32,000 nucleotides of DNA from Fimbriiglobus ruber (GCF_002197845.1 NZ_NIDE01000020.1:139460-171459); one strand, 5' to 3'; counted from the first letter of the stretch, positions 1 to 7,908 are shown. Numbers and translations: made by a program. The notes: a model not told the origin generated them from the letters alone.

Positions 1-247
1 TGCCCCATGAGCCGGGACGGTCGGGGGTCCGGTGGGGGCGGGGGAACCGGGGCGGCCGGGGCGACCCCCAGGACGGCCCCGACCGGGCTCCACGCCGTCC
101 CCCGACCGGGCACGCCGGGGTGTCGGGGTGGACAGTCCCGGCCGCCACCCAGGCGGCCACATGGGCGACCGGGTACGGGCCGGTCGGGACCGGGCCGGTC
201 AGCAGCCAGAGCCCCGGGCCGGACTCGTTCGACGGGGTCATGGTCAT
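1..247 (-). pseudogene. 5' part of a GYF_2-like domain protein gene running off the left edge. The reading frame appears broken at a C5 run.
   Basis: Minus-strand ATG at 247 (a second ATG at 241). The translation MTMTPSNESGPGLWLLTGPVPTGPYPVAHVAAWVAAGTVHPDTPACPVGG has strong GC3 bias and fits the GYF_2 pattern (W...GP...l..w...G.i..dT). The expected continuation TAWSPVGAVLGVAPAAPVPPPP lies in another frame after the CCCCC run at 99-103. The ORF is open at the window edge. Confidence 0.35.
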
Positions 248-513
248 CTCCGAGAGGGATCGAGCGATGGACCGGGTGACCGCTCCCTTCGGGGCGGCCG
301 GCGCCGGCCGGTGAGACCGGCCGCGGATCTCTCCGGGGTCCGGCGGCCGTCTGAGTTCGAGACGATGGTTCGGGATCGCAAGCCGGCCGGGCACACACCC
401 GCGCCGGCCGGGGCGTCAAGCGGCCCCGGTCGGAACGGGAACGGGGTTCCCGGCGAGCGGACATTCGGCGACCGCAAGCCGCCGTTGTGCGAATGGCACG
501 CAGGCATTGTCAT

Positions 514-534
514 TTGACACGCAACTAGTGTCAA
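514..534. promoter_or_regulatory. Perfect 7-bp inverted repeat TTGACAC-N7-GTGTCAA, about 30 bp upstream of the XRE gene. Candidate operator.
   Basis: TTGACAC at 514-520 and its exact reverse complement GTGTCAA at 528-534. It lies in the divergent intergenic region between the ATG at 247 (minus) and the ATG at 562 (plus). Confidence 0.35.
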
Positions 535-561
535 GCGGGCCGCAGCGTATGTTCGCCCGGA

Positions 562-864
562 ATGGCCACCAAAGCCCAGCACGGGGACGATTACGCCCGC
601 CTGCCGGGGTTCCTCCGGGACCTCCGGGAGGCGGCCGGGCTGACCCAGCGGGATCTCGGGCGGGCCGTCGGCCGCCCCCAGAGCTGGGTGTATAACTGCG
701 AGACCGGGAACCGACGGGTGGACGTGACCGAGTTCGCCGCCTGGGCAACCGCGTGCGGGGCCGACCCGCGGGTCGCGTTCGCCCGGTTCCTGGACGCCGG
801 AACCCGCCGGCCGGCCCGGCCGTCGCCGGACACCGCCCCGGGCAGCGGACCCGATCCAGGCTAA
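562..864 (+). CDS. XRE-family helix-turn-helix transcriptional regulator (100 aa)
   Basis: ATG at 562. The stretch LRDLREAAGLTQRDLGRAVGRPQSWVYNCETGNRRVDVTEF is a classic HTH_3 pattern. It is followed by a Pro/Gly-rich tail. Confidence 0.85.
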   Translation: MATKAQHGDDYARLPGFLRDLREAAGLTQRDLGRAVGRPQSWVYNCETGNRRVDVTEFAAWATACGADPRVAFARFLDAGTRRPARPSPDTAPGSGPDPG

Positions 865-906
865 CTCACGGGCCATCATGAGTTATGCCCGAAAAGCCGC
901 GAGAAT

Positions 907-1703
907 TTAGGCGCCCGAGGGGGTTCCACGCGCGGGGCTCGCGGGACGGCCGCCCAGGGCCTCCCGCACGAGATCGCGGATGTCGTCCAGGAACCCCTGC
1001 CCGAGCATCCAGTCGAGATACCCCGGGTCGGTGCGGGCGACAGCGGCCAGCGGCCGACCGGCGTGCTTGCCGAACGCGAACGTCACCCGCCCGGCCGCGT
1101 CCCGCCGGAACCGCCGGGCGACGTCGACCTCGACCAGGGTCGCGTGCAGGGCGGCCGGGTCCGGCGGCAGCCCGTACGCCCCGACCTGGACGTCCAGGAC
1201 GGCGGCCGCCGCCCGCACGTCGGCGGCCGCCGCGTGGGCCCGCGGGTGGGCGCGCCCGAGGTAGAACTTGACCGCCGCGGTCAAATCCCGGGGTTCCATC
1301 CGGTGGTACACGGTCAGGGCGTCAAGGACGGCCCGCCCGCCGACCCGGAACGAGACCCCGGCCCGGGCGAACTCGGCGGCCAGGACGGGCAGGTCGAACC
1401 CGGCGATCCGAACCCGGCCAGGTCGGCGTCAACCAGGAAGGCGGCCAGGCTCCGGGCGATCGCCCGGAACGGCGGGGCGGCGGCCACGGCCGCGTCGGTG
1501 ATCCCGTGGACGGCCGTCGCGGCCGGCGGAATCGGCACCCCGGGGCGGACCCGCTGGTGGCACAACTGGGACCGCCCGTCCGGGGCGATCTTGAGAACGG
1601 CGAACTCGACGATCCGGTCCCGGGCCGGGTCGACCCCGGTCGTCTCCAGGTCGAGCACTGCGAGCGGGCGGGCAAGGGTCAGGTGCGAGAACGGGAAATG
1701 CAA
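907..1703 (-). pseudogene. DEDDh (DnaQ-like) 3'-5' exonuclease with a DUF3820-like C-terminal tail, interrupted by a 1-nt frameshift
   Basis: ORF 1314-1703 gives ExoI LDLETTG and HGITD. The rest of the protein (IAGFDLPVLAAEFARAG..., HAAAAD ExoIII, then KHAGRPL..DPGYLDWML) continues into ORF 907-1311 only after a frame change near 1405-1410. That site lies inside the direct repeat GCCGGGTTCG-N4-GCCGGGTTCG. TTG start at 1703 with AGGAG 7 nt upstream. Confidence 0.75.
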
Positions 1704-1936
1704 TCGGATACTCCTGAAAGCCGTCCGGCGCGCACCCCTCCGACGGTGCGGACGAGTGACGAACGATGCCGGATTTCGGTGTGCGAGGCGGGCGGGTGAC
1801 GAAATTCACTCCGCTCCATTTCCCAGCATGGGAATGAGGGGCGCGGGGCGACGCAGTCCGCCGTCCCCGTTCGAACGGTATTCTTTCTGGGATCATGTCC
1901 CCGAACTCGCGGATCAGGGTGGTGTCGACACCCGTC

Positions 1937-3865
1937 TCAATCGGCCGGCGGTTCCTCCTTCGGTTTCCGTTTTCGGTCCCATCGCGACGCGACCGCGGGT
2001 CGCACCTTGAGTTCGCGGTACGGGTCGGTCAAGCCTTCGGCCGCCATCAGCCGAGCGTACGCGTACGCCCGTTTCACGGTCATCCGGTTGATGTCCAGTT
2101 CGGCGGCGATCTCGTTGAGGCTCGCGTCCGGGCGGGCCGCCTTGGCCGCCAGGCACGCCGGCAGGTGACGGACGTGGACGGGCGGTTGGAACAGGTCGAG
2201 CGTCGTCGACGCCTCGAACGGCGGCTCCCCGGGGGCCGCCCAGGCGTCGAACCGGAGGGTGATCGTGGCCCGGGGCCGGATCGCCGGGCGGTCGAGTTGT
2301 TGGACCGGGCGGATGACGAAGACCGGGAGCAACCGCCGCAGGATCTCGGCGAACTCCGCGGAGGTCTCGGCCATTCGCTCGATCGCTTCGTCCAGGCGGG
2401 CGGCCACGTCGGCGGCCGAGGTGAATTCCCCGGCCGCATCGTGCTCCTCGGCCACCCGGGACCGCTCGCCGCGAGCGGCTTGGAGGGCGTCCTGAACCTC
2501 TTTCAACTCGGTCACCAGCGCCTCGAGTTCCCCGCCCAGGCCGATCGCGGTCGCGAGTCGCTTCGCCCGGACCTCGAGATCCGCGATCTGCCCGTCGAGG
2601 GTGTTCCCGGACTTCTGGCGGCGGCGGCGGTGCCGCCCGAACTCGGCCCAGGCGGCGGCCGCGAGGGTCTCCCGAAACCCCGCCTGGTCGCCGATGATGC
2701 TCATGACCCACGGGATCACGACGGCCCGAACCGTAGCGATGTCGACCTGGACGTGATTCCAGCAACTCCGGGTGCTCCCGGCGAGCGTGTTCTGGCAACG
2801 GAGCAACGTGCCGTACTGATACATCCGGCCGCCGCAACACCCGCACGTCGCGCTCTGGCCCGGCCACCGCGTCCGTTTCCGCGGCTGCCGCCAGAGCGGG
2901 TTCTCTTTGCCCGCCCGCTGCCGCTTCGCCGACGCGGTCCGGCGGGCCTCCACGACCTCCAGGACCGCCGCGTGCTCGTCGGGCGTCAGGTGGCCCAATT
3001 CGGGGTACTCTTTCTCCTCGGGCGGGGCCGGGTTCGGGCACGACCGGTGTTTCCCGGTCCCGTACACCATTTTCGTGATGGTCGTCCGGAACCGCCGCCG
3101 CCCGCTCAGGATCGGGTCGCGGAGCAAGTCCTTGACCGTCCGCCCGGTCCACTGCTCGCGGTCCACGTACGCGCCCGGCGAAACCCCGTCCTGGTTCAAC
3201 CGGTCGGCGACCCGCACGTAACTCCACCCCGCGACCACCCACGCGGCCATCTGGCGGATTGTAGCCGTACAGTCCGGCCGCTTGGCGATCCGCAGGCCGA
3301 CCGGACCGAAGGTCCCGCCGGCCGCCTCCTCCCGGGTCAACTTACGGTACCCGTACTTGATCTTGAGGACCATTCCGCCGTGGGCGAACGACGACGTCGC
3401 CTTCCGCCGCACCCGCTGCCGCGCCTCCGGCACCGTCATCCCGTGCCGCAGCGACGCCGTGTGCATCATGACTTCCCAGTTCACGTCGGCCGTGTCAATG
3501 TTGTCGGCGAGCGACACGAACCGGACATCGGCGTCCAGGCACGCCTGGACGAAGCCCCACTGCATGCGGGGGTTCCGGTAGATCTCCCGCAGCTCGGTCA
3601 CGAGGACCAGGTCCCAGTCTCCGGACGTGACGAGTTCGTCGGCCTCGACCATCGTCTGCCGGTCGACGACCCAGCCACTGGCCTGCTCGCCCAACCGCCG
3701 GATCTCGGTCGGACCCGCGTACACCCGCTGTAACCACCGCTCCGCGTCCTCGTGTTGCGAGGTGATACTCGCCATGTCTTGACCGGGGGTCGAGATGCGG
3801 CCCGGGATGATCACCCGTAGGACTTTGTCGGTGCCCCGGGGGACGAGAGGTGTTCCGAGATTCAT
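1937..3865 (-). CDS. Large serine recombinase (642 aa) with an extra C-terminal HTH
   Basis: ATG at 3865 preceded by GAAAGGAGGTG. N-terminal resolvase-type catalytic domain (VLRVIIPGRISTPGQ, with the Ser nucleophile context). Recombinase domain, then a Cys cluster (CGCCGGRMY...C...C, zinc ribbon), a long coiled coil and a terminal SLNEIAAELDINRMTVKRAY helix-turn-helix. The 840-aa version in the ORF track is an upstream extension overlapping the neighbouring gene. Confidence 0.9.
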   Translation of the reverse strand: MNLGTPLVPRGTDKVLRVIIPGRISTPGQDMASITSQHEDAERWLQRVYAGPTEIRRLGEQASGWVVDRQTMVEADELVTSGDWDLVLVTELREIYRNPRMQWGFVQACLDADVRFVSLADNIDTADVNWEVMMHTASLRHGMTVPEARQRVRRKATSSFAHGGMVLKIKYGYRKLTREEAAGGTFGPVGLRIAKRPDCTATIRQMAAWVVAGWSYVRVADRLNQDGVSPGAYVDREQWTGRTVKDLLRDPILSGRRRFRTTITKMVYGTGKHRSCPNPAPPEEKEYPELGHLTPDEHAAVLEVVEARRTASAKRQRAGKENPLWRQPRKRTRWPGQSATCGCCGGRMYQYGTLLRCQNTLAGSTRSCWNHVQVDIATVRAVVIPWVMSIIGDQAGFRETLAAAAWAEFGRHRRRRQKSGNTLDGQIADLEVRAKRLATAIGLGGELEALVTELKEVQDALQAARGERSRVAEEHDAAGEFTSAADVAARLDEAIERMAETSAEFAEILRRLLPVFVIRPVQQLDRPAIRPRATITLRFDAWAAPGEPPFEASTTLDLFQPPVHVRHLPACLAAKAARPDASLNEIAAELDINRMTVKRAYAYARLMAAEGLTDPYRELKVRPAVASRWDRKRKPKEEPPAD

Positions 3866-5217
3866 CGGGCACCTCCTTTCGCGACCCCGGCGGCCCAGGC
3901 GAGCGACGCCGGCCACCGCCGCAGGGCGGCCTCGATCTGCCCCCGCTGGGTCTCCGGTCGGGTGTGCGTGTAATTCGCCGTCATCCCCAGCCCCCCGCCC
4001 GGCGGCCGGTGGCCGAGGGTAATCTGGCGGACCAGGGGGTCGACGTTGGCGTCCTGTAGGAGCGTCGCGAACGTGTGCCGCCACGATTTCGGGCACGTCG
4101 CGTCGGGGCGGCCGAGGGCGGCCATCGTTCGTACGAACGACGCGCGGACATCGTCCGCCCGGACCGCCCCCGCGTCCTTCCAGACAGATCGCGCGACCCG
4201 CAGGGCGTCCGCCCGGGACGCCCCCGATCCGCTGCCCTCTTGCCGCTGGAGGCAGACCCGTTCCAGCTCGCGGTGGTCGCCGCTCAGAGCCGGGGTGGTC
4301 CCGCGCTCGAACGACTCCCGGAGGAAGACCGGACCGGACCGCCGGGGGCCGATCACCCGCCGGAGGACGGCCACCCCCTCGGGGAGAACCGGGACGGACC
4401 GCTCCGACCCCGTCTTGATCCGCCACCCGAGGGCGGTTTTGTTCCGGACGTGCAACCACCCGGCCGCAAGGTCCAGGTCCTCAATGAGCAAGTGGGTCAA
4501 CTCGCCGACCCGGAGCCCGGTCTTGGCCAGCGTGAAATGAATCGGCCCGGCCCACGGGGACGCGGACATCAGGAACGCCAACTCAGTGGCCGCATCGAAC
4601 ACGAAAATCGGTTTCGCATCGGTGATCGTCATCCGGTCGAGCGGGAGTTCGGCGAATGGGTTGCCGGCATACGGCGGCAGGTGCCGCCGCTTGGCCGCGA
4701 ACGCGTACATCGCTCGGCACGTTTCCAGAATAAATTGGACGCCCTTGTCGCGGAGTCGCCTTCGGGCGGTGTTCGGGTGCCCGTTCGGGGCAACCTCGAC
4801 CACCCGCAGGTGGGCGACGAAGCGGTCGGGGTTGACATCGTGGGCCAGCGGCGGGCGGGGTTGGCGGGCGGCGAAGTCGGCCAGGTGACGGGTGGCCGCG
4901 CGATACCGGGTGACGGTCGCCAGCGAGGAGTTGAGAACGTGTTCGTGGTAGATGAGGAATTCGTCCCGCAGCGCCGCCACGCTGACCGGGGTGAACGCCA
5001 ACAGGGTCGGGGCGCCGGCCGCCAACTGGGCGTTGACCTGGGCGGCCACCCGGACGGCCTCGTCCTTCGTCGCGGCGACTTTCCGGCGGACCGGCCGCCC
5101 GGCGTCGCGGTAGTACACCCACCACGCGCCGTGGTGGAAATAGACGGACACCCGGCCGACGCGGTGCCGAGCCGGCCGACCCTTCTTGCGAGACGACACG
5201 ATCACACTCCCGTGCAC
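3862..5217 (-). CDS. Tyrosine recombinase / integrase (451 aa)
   Basis: GTG at 5217. Catalytic signature RVGELTHL (Arg), SWRHTFATLL (H-x-x-R), TLGHRP and MTANYTHT (Tyr). The stop TGA overlaps the serine recombinase start (ATGA at 3862-3865). Confidence 0.9.
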   Translation of the reverse strand: MHGSVIVSSRKKGRPARHRVGRVSVYFHHGAWWVYYRDAGRPVRRKVAATKDEAVRVAAQVNAQLAAGAPTLLAFTPVSVAALRDEFLIYHEHVLNSSLATVTRYRAATRHLADFAARQPRPPLAHDVNPDRFVAHLRVVEVAPNGHPNTARRRLRDKGVQFILETCRAMYAFAAKRRHLPPYAGNPFAELPLDRMTITDAKPIFVFDAATELAFLMSASPWAGPIHFTLAKTGLRVGELTHLLIEDLDLAAGWLHVRNKTALGWRIKTGSERSVPVLPEGVAVLRRVIGPRRSGPVFLRESFERGTTPALSGDHRELERVCLQRQEGSGSGASRADALRVARSVWKDAGAVRADDVRASFVRTMAALGRPDATCPKSWRHTFATLLQDANVDPLVRQITLGHRPPGGGLGMTANYTHTRPETQRGQIEAALRRWPASLAWAAGVAKGGAR

Positions 5218-5240
5218 CGAATGTGCACCGAATGTGCACC
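5212..5240. repeat. 11-bp tandem repeat GTGCACCGAAT x2.6, placing three GTGCAC palindromes 11 bp apart
   Basis: Read directly: gtgcaccgaat (5212-5222), gtgcaccgaat (5223-5233), gtgcacc (5234-5240). The first unit contains the predicted GTG start of the tyrosine recombinase. Confidence 0.85.
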
Positions 5241-5320
5241 AGAGACGTGTCGATGACGGAGGGAAAATGACGCAAGCGATTGGAATTTATCGGCTTACGT
5301 CACGCGAACAGAAAATGAAA

Positions 5321-5408
5321 CGGAGAGGGAGGGATTCGAACCCTCGGTAAGGACAAGCCCTACTCCGGTTTTCAAGACCGGCCCATTAAACCACTCTGGC
5401 ACCTCTCC
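5321..5408 (-). tRNA. tRNA-Ser (anticodon UGA), class II with a long variable arm, no encoded CCA
   Basis: The reverse complement reads GGAGAGGTGCCAGAGTGG...CCGGTCTTGAAAACCGG...GAGGGTTCGAATCCCTCCCTCTCCG. It has a 7-bp acceptor stem, the anticodon loop CT-TGA-AA, a long extra arm, a GTTCGAATC T-loop and discriminator G. Confidence 0.95.
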
Positions 5409-5442
5409 AAATATTGATCTCCTTACGTGTCAACATCTTGCG

Positions 5443-6591
5443 TCATTTGCTCGGATCCTCACTTGTTACTGTTTCGAACGTATGGCAAACCCGTGGCAAA
5501 CCGGAACTAATTGGCTCCACTGGGGCATTGTACATCCCCAGGAAGGCGTCGGTGAGACGGATCTGATCGTTTTGCAGGGCGTGACCGTAGACCCGCAGGA
5601 CCATCGACGGGTCGGAGTGCCCGAGGCGGCGGGCCACGCTCAGAACGTTGGCGCCGCTCGACATAAGGAGGGTGGCTCCTGTGTGGCGCAGTTCGCCCGG
5701 CACCCATCCCTTCAGGCCGGCGGCTGCGGCCAGCACCTTCCACTGCGAAACGAGTCCGTAGTAGGAGATGTGGCCGCGAGACGTACCGGGGAAGATCCAA
5801 TCGGTCGACTTGCAGACCTTGCGGTAGGTGTCCAAAGCCGTAATCGTCGGCATAGTCAGCGGGACGGTACGCCGGCTGAATTCGTTTTTCAGCCCCTTCA
5901 CCTCTCCAGTCTCGGGGCAGATGGCTCTCACGATTTTGATTTGCCGGCCGTCGTAGTCTTCCCAGCGGAGGGCGATCAGTTCTCGGGGTCGCGTACAGCA
6001 CTCCACCCCGAGCCGGACGATGATTCCGAAGTGCGGCCGTTTGGCGAAATCGTCGGCGACTTTCACGAGGCCGACGAACTGCTCCAATGTGAGCGATCGC
6101 CGTTTCGCCCGAACCACCTTCGGGGGCGTGATTTTATCGAGCGTCGAATTCGGTAACGTGGGATGGGAGCGGAGTATCTTCGAGAGCGTGGAGAACGCGC
6201 GGTGCCGCTGGTCGGCGGACTTGCCGGCCTTCATCATGCTCGTCAGCCACTTGCGTACCTTCGCGGCCAGCTCGACATGATCAGCGACGAGACACTTCGC
6301 CAGGTCGGGACGTATCAGCGACTCAATCACTTCCTTGTCTCGGCCGACCGTCTTGGCCTCTACCTGCGTCTCTTGAATCGCAATCCATTCGTCCAGCCAT
6401 TCCCCGAGCGTACCCGAATCCTTTGGCCGGTCGACGTGCTCGCGGATCCACGCCAGGGCATCCGTCTTCCGGTCGAATACCTTGGATCGGCCTGGACCGT
6501 TCGGCCCCGGGAGTTTCGCGCGGAACTGGCCGTCGCCATGCGGTAGGGCAGACCCTTCACCTTGCCCGCGGGAGCCTTTTTTTTTGGCCAC
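5443..6591 (-). CDS. int: Phage-type tyrosine integrase (382 aa)
   Basis: GTG at 6591 with AAGGAG 7 nt upstream. Motifs TRPRELIALRW (Arg), LRHTGATLL (H-x-x-R) and LGHSDPSMVLRVYGH (His..Tyr). Codons 3-5 form an A9 run. Confidence 0.9.
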   Translation of the reverse strand: MAKKKGSRGQGEGSALPHGDGQFRAKLPGPNGPGRSKVFDRKTDALAWIREHVDRPKDSGTLGEWLDEWIAIQETQVEAKTVGRDKEVIESLIRPDLAKCLVADHVELAAKVRKWLTSMMKAGKSADQRHRAFSTLSKILRSHPTLPNSTLDKITPPKVVRAKRRSLTLEQFVGLVKVADDFAKRPHFGIIVRLGVECCTRPRELIALRWEDYDGRQIKIVRAICPETGEVKGLKNEFSRRTVPLTMPTITALDTYRKVCKSTDWIFPGTSRGHISYYGLVSQWKVLAAAAGLKGWVPGELRHTGATLLMSSGANVLSVARRLGHSDPSMVLRVYGHALQNDQIRLTDAFLGMYNAPVEPISSGLPRVCHTFETVTSEDPSK

Positions 6592-6708
6592 GGCGACAGC
6601 TCCTTCGGGGAGTTATTTCGCGGAATCTGATTCAACCGTCTTTGCGAATCCCGGTCAGGCAAGTTTTACTTAAATCACCACTCCATTCCACCCCAGAGAT
6701 TTCGCACC

Positions 6709-6927
6709 GTGAACGCCCAGACCATCCTCATCCGCTGCATCGACGTCGGTTGCGGCACCAACACCGCGACCGTCCGCGATGCCCGCACTGGGCAGACGGT
6801 CAAGATCCGAGACGCGCGACTCGTCACGGGACCGAACGGGTGGTTGTGCGTGGAAGCGGAGATCATGACCGCCGTGGCGAAATCGGCTCTGGTGAAATTG
6901 TCCGACGGTCAAACCATCTGGATCTGA
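6709..6927 (+). CDS. Hypothetical protein (72 aa)
   Basis: GTG start. GC3-rich codons throughout. Divergent from int. No recognisable motif. Confidence 0.55.
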   Translation: MNAQTILIRCIDVGCGTNTATVRDARTGQTVKIRDARLVTGPNGWLCVEAEIMTAVAKSALVKLSDGQTIWI

Positions 6928-6931
6928 AGCC

Positions 6932-7138
6932 ATGTTCAAAGATAAACCACGGCATCTGAAGCTCTTCGTCGCCTCATCCCCGCGTCTCCACCCCATCCTC
7001 CTCTCCGCCCTCCGCGACCTGCTCCTCTCGGGCGACGTGGCCGCCCCGACGGTGTGGGCCGCGATGACGGGGGAGAGTCCGCCGCCAGGGGCGAGACTAG
7101 TGAACCAGGTGAAAAGAATTTCGCGAGAATCGTATTGA
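6932..7138 (+). CDS. Hypothetical protein (68 aa)
   Basis: ATG 4 nt after the preceding stop. Strong GC3 bias (ctc ttc gtc gcc tcc ccg ...). No motif recognised. Confidence 0.45.
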   Translation: MFKDKPRHLKLFVASSPRLHPILLSALRDLLLSGDVAAPTVWAAMTGESPPPGARLVNQVKRISRESY

Positions 7139-7163
7139 CACCTGTTTTATAGGGAGCTAATAT
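7135..7163 (+). promoter_or_regulatory. Sigma-70-type promoter TTGACA-N17-TAATAT
   Basis: TTGACA at 7135-7140, a 17-nt spacer, and TAATAT at 7158-7163, 45 nt before the ATG at 7209. It sits in an AT-rich patch. Confidence 0.5.
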
Positions 7164-7208
7164 TACATGTGTGATGTATGTGGATAACCTTAACCACGGA
7201 GACGAGCC

Positions 7209-7484
7209 ATGACGACCAAGACGACCGCCGCGAACTTGGAAGCCGCCAGCCTGCGGGCAAAACTTTTCGCGATGGTGAACGAGTTCAAGGATTTGGCGTC
7301 TCAGATCAGCAATTCCGAGGCGGGCGATTTTGACTCGCGTTTCGAGGCGGGAAATCAGGCCGATGCGGTGGCCTGCCTGCTGGCAGACGTTCACGGGAAA
7401 ATCAGCGGGTCCGGCCCGAAATACGACCTTTTCATTGACGCGCACCGTGACGATAAGGACCAATCGTTCGCGTTCCAAATCTAA
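7209..7484 (+). CDS. Hypothetical protein (91 aa)
   Basis: ATG preceded by ACGGAGA. Non-repetitive acidic sequence. First gene after the promoter at 7135. Confidence 0.7.
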   Translation: MTTKTTAANLEAASLRAKLFAMVNEFKDLASQISNSEAGDFDSRFEAGNQADAVACLLADVHGKISGSGPKYDLFIDAHRDDKDQSFAFQI

Positions 7485-7503
7485 CCTTGAACCAAGTGAT
7501 CCT

Positions 7504-7905
7504 GTGCCTGATATCCCCCACACCCCCGAGAAGCGTGGCCGCGGTCGCCCCCGGACCCGGCCGGAAGGTGCCAAAGAGCGGAAGGTCTGGCTGACGGACG
7601 AAGAATTTGCGGGCGTACAAAAAGATGCGGCGGCCTTCCGCCTATCAGTCGAGGAACTGGCGAGACGGCGTCTATTGAAGATCCCCGAACTTGACCCCGA
7701 GACACCCATGATTCTCCAAACCTTTCGTCACGGTCGAATCATTGACACCGAGATAGTCGGCTCAACTTGGCAAGCCGCGATACTCGTTCGTCAGCGGATA
7801 CCACCCGCTTCGACGGCGAATGCGGGTTGTGATTTCATTCTGGTGGATGGCAACCAGAAACATTACTGGGCACCCGTCGGCGAATGGGCACCGTTGCCGG
7901 GGTAA
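7504..7905 (+). CDS. Putative ribbon-helix-helix (MobC/CopG-like) DNA-binding protein
   Basis: GRGRPRTRPEGAKERKVWLTDEEFAGVQKDAAAFRLSVEELARRRLL fits the RHH pattern (basic arm, beta strand, two helices). The start is uncertain: GTG at 7504 is the first start after the stop of the preceding gene, while the ORF track starts at 7330, inside that gene. Confidence 0.55.
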   Translation: MPDIPHTPEKRGRGRPRTRPEGAKERKVWLTDEEFAGVQKDAAAFRLSVEELARRRLLKIPELDPETPMILQTFRHGRIIDTEIVGSTWQAAILVRQRIPPASTANAGCDFILVDGNQKHYWAPVGEWAPLPG

Positions 7906-7908
7906 TCT

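Larger units (their letters stand above)
1937..5320. mobile_element. Recombinase module of a putative tRNA-Ser-associated integrative element. The distal end is not identified.
   Basis: The layout is the classic island one: tRNA 3' end followed by an integrase in the same orientation. I found no direct repeat of the tRNA 3' end in the window, so the extent is unknown. Confidence 0.4.

Noticed and set aside
1867-1878. Perfect 12-bp palindrome CCGTTCGAACGG between the exonuclease and the serine recombinase genes, considered as an att or operator site. A nearby hairpin TTCCCA-gca-TGGGAA lies at 1820-1834.
   Set aside because: Roughly 32000/4^6, i.e. several, 12-bp palindromes are expected by chance in a window this size. 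There is no second copy and no similarity to the tRNA 3' end.
1895-3733. 612-aa plus-strand ORF, with 1914-3242 (442 aa, minus) and other long ORFs over the serine recombinase gene
   Set aside because: They are antisense or out-of-frame shadows of a confidently identified gene in very GC-rich DNA. Their translations are Arg/Pro/Gly-rich low-complexity sequence with no motifs.
3866-4459. N-terminal 198-aa extension of the serine recombinase ORF (the 840-aa version, 1937-4459)
   Set aside because: It overlaps the 3' third of the tyrosine recombinase in another frame and is R/P/G-rich. An ATG at 3865 with a strong SD, forming an ATGA overlap, gives a normal resolvase N-terminus.
4075-5275. ORFs 4075-5256 (+, 393 aa) and 4583-5275 (-, 230 aa)
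   Set aside because: Shadow ORFs over the tyrosine recombinase gene, with low-complexity R/G/P translations.
5428-5433. TTGACA (minus strand) just upstream of the tRNA, considered as the tRNA promoter -35 element
   Set aside because: The best downstream AT-rich hexamer (AATATT) is only 12 nt away, and no properly spaced -10 element was found.
6936-7709. 257-aa minus-strand ORF. 16016-16789 (257 aa, minus) is a similar case.
   Set aside because: They run antisense across several short plus-strand genes and a promoter, or across the TIGR02996 gene and phoH. The sequences are Arg/Ser/Gly-rich, and nothing supports them as coding.
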